This document shows positions 1 through 7,077 of a stretch of DNA of 49,447 nucleotides, piece after piece. Source of the stretch: a virus; IMG/VR virus record IMGVR_UViG_3300050019_000017, positions 1 to 49,447 of that record; one strand, 5' to 3'. The notes beneath the pieces were generated by a model. It saw only the letters and a list, made by a program, of their open reading frames with translations, had not been told where the DNA came from and made no database searches. Every line of letters starts with the position of its first letter. Positions within the stretch are counted from its first letter, which is position 1. The position numbers and the translations under genes are program-made.

Positions 1-127
1 TGAGCCACAGCGAACGAACGGGACGGCGGTAATGGTATTGTGTCAGTTTGATACTTGCGTTTACTGTGGGCCATGCTAGGGCCATACAAATCAATTTTAA
101 TACTTTAGTGCCAAATAAAATAGCCAC
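1..127. repeat. terminal direct repeat, copy 1 (identical to 49321..49447)
   Basis: The first and last 127 nt of the window are identical base for base. The unit length is 49,320 bp. Confidence 0.95.
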
Positions 128-149
128 CTAAGTGTTACCTTAGATGGCT
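122..149 (-). terminator. intrinsic terminator-like hairpin after CDS 183..566
   Basis: Arms AGCCACCTAAG / CTTAGATGGCT pair at 10 of 11 positions with a 6-nt loop. ATTTTATTT follows on the minus strand. Confidence 0.5.
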
Positions 150-182
150 GATGTCTCAATCCCTGATATACGGGCGGACTAA

Positions 183-566
183 CTAGCTCTTGATACCGAT
201 GGCCTGATTATGCAGTGTAACAATTCGCCTGCAATTTTCGTCTCGTTCCACCGGCAACGTTCCATTGCCTGTTTCCCGTTCCATTCGAGCAATGGGGATA
301 CCTGTCACGGTTTCGATTGCTCCTGATACCATGCGCCATTCGAGAAACCAGCTTGCTAGCTCCCTGCATTCTGATTCAAGAATAGCAATCCAATAGTTAG
401 TTGTTAGATCATTACAGGCGCGATATGCTGCAATGATTGAACCGCTCAAGTAAAATTCGCCTCTTCGTGGCGAGCGCCACTCACCAGATGCAACATACAT
501 CGGTATAGGCTTTCCACGTTCGCCTATATTTCCTTCGCTCGGGTAACGTCCATTCGGTTTGTTCAC
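183..566 (-). CDS. hypothetical protein
   Basis: ORF track gives 183..590. I prefer the GTG at 566: it overlaps the upstream stop (GTGA) and is preceded by GGAGGGAG. No domain recognised. Confidence 0.5.
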   Translation of the reverse strand: MNKPNGRYPSEGNIGERGKPIPMYVASGEWRSPRRGEFYLSGSIIAAYRACNDLTTNYWIAILESECRELASWFLEWRMVSGAIETVTGIPIARMERETGNGTLPVERDENCRRIVTLHNQAIGIKS

Positions 567-787
567 TTGCTCCCTCCGTTCTGTCCGCACGTGCCAGCGA
601 TATAACCTAGCCAGCGATCACGCATAAAATTACCATTCTGTTGCCGACAAAACGTTGCCAGTGTATGCAAGTGCTCCGAGTCAAACAATGCTACATCTTG
701 CTCGGCAGGACCGGGAGCACCATAGACTCGATTATGTTCCTTAATCGCGTCTGCTAGTGCGATAAAATCTTTCTTGCTCATGCTCAT
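563..787 (-). CDS. hypothetical protein
   Basis: 74-aa ORF with GAGGG upstream of the ATG. Its stop overlaps the next start. No domain recognised. Confidence 0.55.
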   Translation of the reverse strand: MSMSKKDFIALADAIKEHNRVYGAPGPAEQDVALFDSEHLHTLATFCRQQNGNFMRDRWLGYIAGTCGQNGGSK

Positions 788-856
788 GGTATTCCCTCTT
801 TCGTGTTTGAATACTTCAATAACAGCATCGAATAGTCAATGCTGTTAATGCTGCAT

Positions 857-1405
857 TCAGACTATCGCCCAGATTAGATACAGCTTACCACGCGAGCAGC
901 GGTACAATGAGACATTACCGTGATCTGATACGATAGCTACTTCGCCAGTGTAACCTTTGGGAATTTCACTGCTATCAGATACCTTGATTCCATCGGATGA
1001 ATCTTCCCAATTCTCATCTAACCAAAAGCCATAGTCAGAACCATCGCCCGGATGCGAACCAAAGTAAAAATACGGCGGGCAATATTCGTTTAGTGCGTCG
1101 AATAGACTTTCGTTTAGATCATACTGAGCAGATTCCGAATCGAAGTAACTGGCGTACCGCTCAGAATCTTCCCTGCAATCACCGTCAAATTCTGGATCGT
1201 GCCATTGCCCACACGTAGGACAATTATCGGCATACATACGTGATTCAATTTCTCGAATCAGCTTGCGATGATGGTTAGGCTTTTGATCTTTCAGGCAATC
1301 AATGAATGCGGGAATCAAATCTTCCGCGAGCATGGTAGCATGTGATACAGTTCCCATGTTGTTAATGTAACGCTTGTAACCAGCTACTCTCAATTCTCTG
1401 TGCAT
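857..1405 (-). CDS. hypothetical early protein with strongly acidic C-terminal half
   Basis: ORF track gives 857..1429 with a TTG start. The ATG at 1405 has GGAGG just upstream. The protein has CPTCGQWH...C followed by a D/E-rich region. Confidence 0.55.
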   Translation of the reverse strand: MHRELRVAGYKRYINNMGTVSHATMLAEDLIPAFIDCLKDQKPNHHRKLIREIESRMYADNCPTCGQWHDPEFDGDCREDSERYASYFDSESAQYDLNESLFDALNEYCPPYFYFGSHPGDGSDYGFWLDENWEDSSDGIKVSDSSEIPKGYTGEVAIVSDHGNVSLYRCSRGKLYLIWAIV

Positions 1406-1467
1406 ATATCCTCCAATCTGAAATAGCAAATCAATAACCGCACTGGCATGATGCGGTTAATGTCGTG

Positions 1468-1932
1468 CTATGGGTTAGCAATCAAGTCTGGAATCGTGGA
1501 AATGTTGGCATCTTCTAACAGACGGAATCTTGTTTCAATTGCTTCTCTGTCTGTGATCGAAACCCATACTTGCTCTGTCCAATTGTATGGTGAAAATTCG
1601 CCCAAGATGCGTCCGCCAAATTCTACAATGTCAAGCCGGAATGTAATACCGGCAAATGTACCATCATATTCAGGTGATTCGCATATCTGAATTGTGATAT
1701 CAATTCCGTTCTGCATTTTTTTGTCCGCGTCAACTAACAGTGACCAACGGTAATCGTCGCAAGACTCGGCCGGTTCGTCTGTTATGTGACCTTCGGCACG
1801 TAACAGCGTTTGAATAGCTGTTAGTTTGGCAAGGATACGCTTTGCATAGCGCCGTTTAATTACTTCTGTGCGTTTGTTCCATTGTTTGTTTGTCATTACT
1901 TTTGTACCTTGTTTCATTTTATTCCAATCCAT
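1468..1932 (-). CDS. hypothetical protein
   Basis: ORF track gives 1468..1941 with a GTG start. An ATG at 1932 is an alternative, so the start is uncertain. Confidence 0.5.
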   Translation of the reverse strand: MDWNKMKQGTKVMTNKQWNKRTEVIKRRYAKRILAKLTAIQTLLRAEGHITDEPAESCDDYRWSLLVDADKKMQNGIDITIQICESPEYDGTFAGITFRLDIVEFGGRILGEFSPYNWTEQVWVSITDREAIETRFRLLEDANISTIPDLIANP

Positions 1933-1976
1933 TTCTACCACTATTATGTAGTGGTCACATTAGATTGTCGGGGCTG

Positions 1977-2117
1977 TTAGTGTCCCACAGCGTTAGTGAT
2001 ACAAGTTTGAATCCACGTTACGTCAGAATGCGACATAACAAAATAGGTGACTAGCAGAGTGCCAGCGATCCAAACGATTGCGCCAGCGATCCATCCGGGA
2101 TACTTGTTTGTTGGCAT
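1977..2117 (-). CDS. small putative membrane protein (46 aa)
   Basis: Below the ORF-track cutoff. It reads MPTNKYPGWIAGAIVWIAGTLLVTYFVM... with one hydrophobic helix. The ATG lies 3 nt after the upstream stop. Confidence 0.35.
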   Translation of the reverse strand: MPTNKYPGWIAGAIVWIAGTLLVTYFVMSHSDVTWIQTCITNAVGH

Positions 2118-2120
2118 GAT

Positions 2121-2519
2121 TCAATTTCCTTTCAGTGCTTTCGGTATCGAATTATAGTCAATAGCATAGGGCAACAAACGAATTGCGGTTAATACGGGTT
2201 CACCGTCGGACCCTAAGCTATATTGTTCCTTGCCAGTGACAGGGAAGATCATGCGACCGTGCAATGCTTCGATTGATTCAGCGACCGTCCAAAACAATGC
2301 AGGGTCGTTAATGAGTGAAACAATACCATTATCTAACGTGGCGCGATAGACTGAGACCCCACGTTCATATTCGTGTGTTGCATGATTTAGAGACCGCTCG
2401 CGTTTGGAAAACTTGCCAAAGCGCAAATAGACGTGTTCCGGTCTCTTTCGCGGTTCGCGCAGTGATAGACCCTCATCATCCATCCATCGTTTAACGTGAC
2501 TCTGATAGGTCTCACTCAT
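2121..2519 (-). CDS. hypothetical protein, first gene of the leftward operon
   Basis: 132-aa ORF. Its ATG sits 6 nt after a predicted -10 box. Confidence 0.55.
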   Translation of the reverse strand: MSETYQSHVKRWMDDEGLSLREPRKRPEHVYLRFGKFSKRERSLNHATHEYERGVSVYRATLDNGIVSLINDPALFWTVAESIEALHGRMIFPVTGKEQYSLGSDGEPVLTAIRLLPYAIDYNSIPKALKGN

Positions 2520-2525
2520 GGCGCT

Positions 2526-2553
2526 AGTCTAGCACCCTTCTAGTTAATGTCAA
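2526..2553 (-). promoter_or_regulatory. sigma70-like promoter, apparently leaderless
   Basis: Minus strand reads TTGACA-N16-TAGACT-N6-ATG, with the ATG at 2519. Confidence 0.45.
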
Positions 2554-2646
2554 GTAAAATCGTACTACTTTACACTTCTTTACAATAATGTAATTATTAC
2601 ATTCATTCCCACAGGTAATCGCACCATTATGCAGGCAGTGTTAGGC

Positions 2647-2689
2647 GATCAGATCATGATCAGGCATGATCAGCAGGCGATCAGGCATG
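2647..2689. promoter_or_regulatory. GATC cluster with GATCAGGCATG direct repeat
   Basis: Five GATC sites lie in 36 bp (2647, 2652, 2658, 2668, 2679). GATCAGGCATG occurs at 2658 and 2679. Confidence 0.5.
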
Positions 2690-2741
2690 TAAGTGCATTA
2701 CTTTGTATTATATAACTTTATGCAACTATCGTGCTATCTTT

Positions 2742-2935
2742 TATATGATACATAATAAAGCAGTTACATGCTATTGAAAGTTAAGTATATGATAACAATA
2801 GACTTATGTTATTAGCAAGATATATGATAGATAACAAAAGTACTTAGCTACCCTTCGCTTTATATTCACTTTTATTCGCCTTATGTTCGCTTTGTCTTGC
2901 ACATCAGTGCCATATTTTATATGATAGATAACAAA
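2742..2935. repeat. iteron-like direct repeats (TATATGATAGATAACAAA family)
   Basis: Perfect 18-mer at 2821..2838 and 2918..2935. Degenerate copies at 2742..2759 and 2786..2802. Confidence 0.7.
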
Positions 2936-3135
2936 CGAGTTAACACTGTTTTTGAGCAATAATTTGCGGAGATTTTGTTGTATATTGAAAATATAACGTA
3001 TAAGTCGTTTAGAATCATATGTATATGCCTGTATATTGTATAACAGGGGGATATATAGAAAGGGAATGAAATTGCCTCAAAGTTACTCCGTTTCAATCCC
3101 GCAGGTTATTTATAGTGTTTGCTCTCTTGATTATC

Positions 3136-3171
3136 TATATATATTATATATATATTATTATATATATAATA
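3136..3171. repeat. A/T-only low-complexity tract
   Basis: 36 consecutive A/T bases, mostly TA repeats, inside the non-coding region. Confidence 0.8.
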
Positions 3172-3665
3172 CATACTAAAGGACATAGGTCAGACGCCAC
3201 AGTGTGGGCTGTATAGAAAGCACCACCTTTGTAGTATGTCATAGATTACTAAATGGCGAAATTACCTGTTACCATGTTACTCAACAAATCATATTAGCTT
3301 AAATAGCACATAATAAAGCATGTTAGCATGTAATGTCTGATAATGTGTATTATGTATAGTATGAATAAGCGTAGAATTAGGCAGTGTACCCCCGGCACAC
3401 CCCATAGAAATGGCAGACTCGCCGCGCCCCCATCCCCGTACAAGTTTTTTATTTTTGAAATGTTAATTGAACCGTGAGCAAACACTATATTATACAGCTA
3501 TATTATAACAGTATAAATAAGCCGGTCCATTCTTAGCCAAAGAATAACCTGCGGTAATTTTTCTGGATTTTTTTCTAGCCATTTTTAGGGTCCGAGAGCA
3601 GACAAAGTATCAAGCCTGATTCAAGCATATACACCAAACTGATTCAAGCCTTATTTATTTTCTAC

Positions 3666-3695
3666 TTGACAGCCGTGATCAGACAGGAGTATAGG
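3666..3695 (+). promoter_or_regulatory. sigma70-like promoter for the rightward early operon
   Basis: TTGACA-N18-TATAGG. It is preceded by the CTGATTCAAGC direct repeat (3616 and 3639). Confidence 0.4.
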
Positions 3696-3717
3696 CTTGA
3701 ACACAGGAGCAAACATA

Positions 3718-3948
3718 ATGGCTAAGGGTACTGATCTAGTTCGTGAAATGTCTGGTGGTCAATCGGTACATGCTGATTTAATTGATTGTTTGAAAGAGCA
3801 GTTGCTTATCGTATTTCTTAAACGATTAGGCGGACACGTTGACATACCTGTGAAAGAAGTTGATGATACAGGTAAAGATATGCTTTATTTTAACGTGACA
3901 CCAGACAGGGTATTTCATTTCTCTATTCAGAAGAAAGGATCATCATGA
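3718..3948 (+). CDS. hypothetical protein
   Basis: ORF track gives 3697..3948 with a TTG start. The ATG at 3718 has AGGAG 6 nt upstream. Confidence 0.55.
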   Translation: MAKGTDLVREMSGGQSVHADLIDCLKEQLLIVFLKRLGGHVDIPVKEVDDTGKDMLYFNVTPDRVFHFSIQKKGSS

Positions 3949-4193
3949 TTTGGAAGAGAGTTAATTGGCCGGACCTTTTAGTTGAAGCATTTGAAGCAGG
4001 TCCGCTCACTCGTAATGATGTGATTCGTATCTGTGGGGATTACTTCTTTGTTAATCCTTGGAGTTTGATACGTCAACATGGTTTTGTAATTGAACCTACC
4101 GGAACTAAGAGCTATGGCGAACTAAACAATCCGCCATACTATCGTATGATCAGTAAACCAAGTTATATGTTAGAACAGGTGCATAATAAATGA
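3945..4193 (+). CDS. hypothetical protein
   Basis: 82-aa ORF whose start overlaps the upstream stop (ATGA). Confidence 0.55.
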   Translation: MIWKRVNWPDLLVEAFEAGPLTRNDVIRICGDYFFVNPWSLIRQHGFVIEPTGTKSYGELNNPPYYRMISKPSYMLEQVHNK

Positions 4194-4315
4194 AACACAT
4201 CATACAATGGTTGATGGCATTATGGCTTTGCAGAAATGGAAAGGTTTGCTCTTGGTATCCACCACCGCCGCGACACTTTGATTGTAGGTGCATAATAAAT
4301 GAAACGTCGAATTGA
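4190..4315 (+). CDS. small hypothetical protein (41 aa)
   Basis: ATGA overlap with the upstream stop. The start lies inside the 20-bp AGGTGCATAATAAATGAAAC module. Below the ORF-track cutoff. Confidence 0.3.
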   Translation: MKHIIQWLMALWLCRNGKVCSWYPPPPRHFDCRCIINETSN

Positions 4316-4391
4316 ATCATTATTATGGCCCGCGATTTACTTGAATCTGTTATTAGTGTGGCTCCGTATTTGTGGTTGGTACTTTTCTTAA
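4299..4391 (+). CDS. small putative membrane protein (30 aa)
   Basis: It starts in the second copy of the 20-bp module. It reads MKRRIESLLWPAIYLNLLLVWLRICGWYFS. Confidence 0.3.
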   Translation: MKRRIESLLWPAIYLNLLLVWLRICGWYFS

Positions 4392-4422
4392 TTCCCTTCT
4401 AAATTTTTTCTGAAAATAATCC

Positions 4423-4452
4423 TTGACAAACTTTGTCGGATGGGCGTATTGC
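4423..4452 (+). promoter_or_regulatory. candidate promoter ahead of a long structured leader
   Basis: TTGACA at 4423..4428 lies within the palindrome GACAAACTTTGTC. The -10 (TATTGC) after 18 nt is weak. Confidence 0.3.
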
Positions 4453-4848
4453 TATGAATGAAGCCGTTGCATTTGCAGATTGGACGGCTTTGCATGTGTG
4501 TGTAATCCCCCTGTGTGGTGCGCCGGACCTTGGAGCGGGTGTTGCCAATCGGCCAGATGGTGATTTCCCCCGATAGGTCCGGCGTTGGGTTTGTTCTTTT
4601 AAGCAACTGTTGAATAACGTACTCTGTGCGTGTCTGTCGTTTGTTGAGGATGATGGAATATATCAGCAATATATCTCAACCGCTGTTGCTGATGAAATTC
4701 AACAGTTTCTTAATTGAACAAGCTTTGAGTTAGAGCGACGTACCGAAAACAGACAGCCTCCGAGATGATGGGTAGCAACCCTTCTTTAGTCTAAGTAGGA
4801 TCGTCGCTCTAAGTTTTGAATTGAACCAATCCTGAAAGAAGGTGTTTA

Positions 4849-5205
4849 ATGGCGCTGAATTTGAATACGTTGCAACAGACTCAACATAACAACTTCCTGA
4901 TCTATTTCAACAAGTACATGCCTCTCGCCACTGCTGAAATCACTGCTGTTCAAACCGATCTTTCCCACAAGGATACCGTCGCAGCAATTTCCGATTCAAT
5001 GGATGCTACTGTTGTCGGTATTCAAATGGCCGATCCTGAAATGGGAGCAATGGCTCAAGCAGCGGCAATGTTGGCAAAGCTGGTACTTCCGTTGTTTGTT
5101 TCATTGTTTCATCGTAACAAAGCTGGCGTAGCTTTCACTGCGGACCCGACAAAGGCACCGCCGATACCAGCTGCTCCCCCGGTCCCGGTTCCTATCAAAG
5201 CTTGA
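4849..5205 (+). CDS. hypothetical protein with one hydrophobic segment and a Pro-rich tail
   Basis: AAGGTG upstream of the ATG. It contains AMLAKLVLPLFVSLF. A terminator hairpin follows. Confidence 0.55.
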   Translation: MALNLNTLQQTQHNNFLIYFNKYMPLATAEITAVQTDLSHKDTVAAISDSMDATVVGIQMADPEMGAMAQAAAMLAKLVLPLFVSLFHRNKAGVAFTADPTKAPPIPAAPPVPVPIKA

Positions 5206-5243
5206 TCACGGCTATTTGAGAGGATGTATGTGATCAGTAAACG

Positions 5244-5270
5244 GGGTACGGCTGAAATACCGTACCCTTT
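5244..5270 (+). terminator. intrinsic terminator
   Basis: GGGTACGG / CCGTACCC 8-bp stem with an 8-nt loop, followed by TTT. Confidence 0.55.
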
Positions 5271-5284
5271 AAAGAAGGATTCAA

Positions 5285-5467
5285 ATGGATAAAGTTATTA
5301 TCACCATTGAAACTAAACATCTTCATGCCGTATCTATCAAACGTCTTTATAACAGAGCTACAAATCGAACGGCATGGGACAGTTTTAAGAAGTTTGTTGA
5401 CGGTGTTATGACTTTATTGGAAGATGATGATAACAGCACTTCGCTTGAGGTAAAGAAAGATGCCTGA
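5285..5467 (+). CDS. hypothetical protein
   Basis: 60-aa ORF with AAGGA upstream. Confidence 0.5.
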   Translation: MDKVIITIETKHLHAVSIKRLYNRATNRTAWDSFKKFVDGVMTLLEDDDNSTSLEVKKDA

Positions 5468-5585
5468 ATGGTTTGAACATTACCTACTGCAATTATCTGA
5501 TGTACAAAAGAAAGAGCTTTGGGCTTGGTTAGATGCTAACGCATTTGAAGTTGTTGAAGAAATAATGGAGAGAATCAGTGAGTAA
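5460..5585 (+). CDS. small hypothetical protein (41 aa)
   Basis: The ATG overlaps the upstream stop region (ATGCCTGA). It reads MPEWFEHYLLQLSDVQKKELWAWLDANAFEVVEEIMERISE. Confidence 0.3.
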   Translation: MPEWFEHYLLQLSDVQKKELWAWLDANAFEVVEEIMERISE

Positions 5586-5922
5586 AATTATGAGCAAGAT
5601 TCGTAGTATTATTTCTGCTATTACCGGGCTGTTTTCAAAGAAGCAACCCACAAACCTTCAAACGTTACGCACATCATTGGCAAAGCAACAGGCTGAAGCA
5701 ATTGTCGCTGATCAAGCAGACAAACGCGGTGGTAAGCATACCCGGCTTGCTGGTAAGACTCGTTGCCGTTGTTTTGTTCGTCTATTAGGGTCCGCTTTTT
5801 GTACCAGCAATCCTACAGTGGACAATCCCAAGCGTGTACATCGCCGCGAAGTTTGGTGTTCAAAACACCGTTTGTATATCTGTCTGGATTGTGGGAACAG
5901 AGACAGATTTGCATCGGCATGA
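5578..5922 (+). CDS. hypothetical Cys-rich protein
   Basis: GTG start 7 nt after GGAG, with an ATG alternative at 5590. The C-terminus has CRC...C...C..C. Confidence 0.4.
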   Translation: MSKIMSKIRSIISAITGLFSKKQPTNLQTLRTSLAKQQAEAIVADQADKRGGKHTRLAGKTRCRCFVRLLGSAFCTSNPTVDNPKRVHRREVWCSKHRLYICLDCGNRDRFASA

Positions 5923-6194
5923 AACGTCAATTAACCAGTTCGGAACTAGAACTAACCGGAGAATTGCGTCTGGACTTTGGCGCAATTGTGAGAGGATATT
6001 TCAGCTATGAAGAATCAATTGAATTACGCGAAGTGCTTTCAAGTGCTGTTACTAAGTTTGTACGTAGTGGTCATGTTATCCGCCGTCAATGTCTCAAGCC
6101 AAACAGCAAGCCAAACAATGAACAAAACTACGAACGTTACGGTGTCAACCGTAGCTCAAAACGGAACGACACTACCCTGCACAGGCAAAGGTAG
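5919..6194 (+). CDS. hypothetical protein (uncertain; overlaps the next gene)
   Basis: ATGA overlap with the upstream stop. The last 188 nt overlap 6007..6672, so the extent is doubtful. Confidence 0.2.
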   Translation: MKRQLTSSELELTGELRLDFGAIVRGYFSYEESIELREVLSSAVTKFVRSGHVIRRQCLKPNSKPNNEQNYERYGVNRSSKRNDTTLHRQR

Positions 6195-6672
6195 TCTTGT
6201 TTGCATCACTCCTTCCAATTGTACTTTGACTCAAACGTTGAATTGTAGTGGTGGTGTACCGCCGCCGCCGCCGCCGCCACCGCCGCCCCCTCCGCCGCCA
6301 CCGCCACCGCCGCCGCCCCCTCCGCCGCCACCGCCACCGCCGCCGCCCCCTCCGCCGCCACCGGTCGGGTTTGGTGCGGGTTGTGCGCCTTATACGGAAT
6401 GCAAGCCAAATCCCGACGGCAGTTACACCTTTCAACAGGTGATACCGCGCGGAGGCTACATTGACGCGCAAGTAAGCATCTCCGACGGGATCAACGCGTC
6501 ATTCTGGACGAGCGCAGACGGCGGGGCGACGTGGGCGCCAATTACTTGCGCAGCGGGGCAGTGGCGTTACTCATGGGACTGCTCCGTTGCTGGCGCGACA
6601 AACTTCAAATTACAAGCGACACCGGACCCGAGCAATCCAGGTGGTCTGGCTATTGACGGTATTTTGAACTAA
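6007..6672 (+). CDS. secreted protein with a 35-residue polyproline linker
   Basis: Signal-peptide-like N-terminus, then a Cys-rich segment, 35 Pro codons (6259..6363) and a GC-rich C-terminal domain. Confidence 0.6.
   Translation: MKNQLNYAKCFQVLLLSLYVVVMLSAVNVSSQTASQTMNKTTNVTVSTVAQNGTTLPCTGKGSLVCITPSNCTLTQTLNCSGGVPPPPPPPPPPPPPPPPPPPPPPPPPPPPPPPPPPPVGFGAGCAPYTECKPNPDGSYTFQQVIPRGGYIDAQVSISDGINASFWTSADGGATWAPITCAAGQWRYSWDCSVAGATNFKLQATPDPSNPGGLAIDGILN
6281..6363. repeat. 30-bp tandem repeat (about 2.8 copies) inside the proline run
   Basis: CGCCGCCCCCTCCGCCGCCACCGCCACCGC occurs at 6281 and 6311. A partial copy starts at 6341. Confidence 0.9.
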
Positions 6673-6698
6673 ATTCAATAACAAATGAGCAAACAAAC

Positions 6699-6950
6699 AT
6701 GAAAGGACGTGTTATGCCTGTACTTACTGATGATGGCCTGAAGCCACATGCTACCGCTGTTCCTAAGAAACTTGTTGCCGATCTTATGGTTATTGGTCAA
6801 TGGGTAGATAAATCTACCGGAGCATTGAACTATAATTTATACGTTTCGGACAAATCAGGAGCTATTTTTGTCAGTTCCAGCAAACGTGGTGGTTTTTATC
6901 CACTGGATATGACAATCTTGAAGCCGTCAACGGAAAGAAATGGCACGTAA
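6699..6950 (+). CDS. hypothetical protein
   Basis: 83-aa ORF. An ATG at 6714 with AAAGGA upstream is an alternative start. Confidence 0.5.
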   Translation: MKGRVMPVLTDDGLKPHATAVPKKLVADLMVIGQWVDKSTGALNYNLYVSDKSGAIFVSSSKRGGFYPLDMTILKPSTERNGT

Positions 6951-7077
6951 ACCATTTGCGCCGAAGATTCGTAAACCATCGCGTGAAACATGGGGTGGGG
7001 CTTTGTGCGAACTTCGGCGCATAGCTGAAGCTACAAGAATAGCAGATAAGAAAGTAAAACAGTGCCATTCGAGATAG
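6940..7077 (+). CDS. small basic hypothetical protein (45 aa)
   Basis: It fills the gap between neighbouring genes and overlaps both ends. Below the ORF-track cutoff. Confidence 0.25.
   Translation: MARKPFAPKIRKPSRETWGGALCELRRIAEATRIADKKVKQCHSR

Noticed and set aside
2742-2935. Possibility that the direct repeats here, or at 45945..45977, are a CRISPR array
   Set aside because: The repeats are only 15-18 bp long and irregularly spaced or only two in number. There are no spacer-like unique units of regular length and no cas genes.
3294-3485. 63-aa minus-strand ORF in the non-coding control region
   Set aside because: It is isolated, has no RBS, and its hydrophobic/His-rich translation is typical of AT-rich noise.
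4388-4669. 93-aa minus-strand ORF in the 4.4-4.85 kb gap
   Set aside because: It is oppositely oriented to all its neighbours, has no RBS and has a basic, junk-like translation. The interval is better explained as a structured plus-strand leader.
4730-4812. An 83-nt stem-loop considered as a tRNA or tmRNA-like gene
   Set aside because: I could find no cloverleaf arms, no T-loop (GTTCRA-type) and no acceptor/CCA geometry. I keep it only as part of the structured leader.
5763-6194. 143-aa long form of the ORF overlapping 5578..5922 and 6007..6672
   Set aside because: The N-terminal 52 codons overlap the preceding gene out of frame and have a junk-like sequence. Only the shorter form from the ATG at 5919 is retained, with low confidence.
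6172-6471. ORFs 6172..6471(-), 6206..6409(-) and 6248..6442(+), rich in Arg/Ala/Trp
   Set aside because: They are alternative-frame and antisense readings of the CCG-type proline repeat. They have no start context and low-complexity translations.
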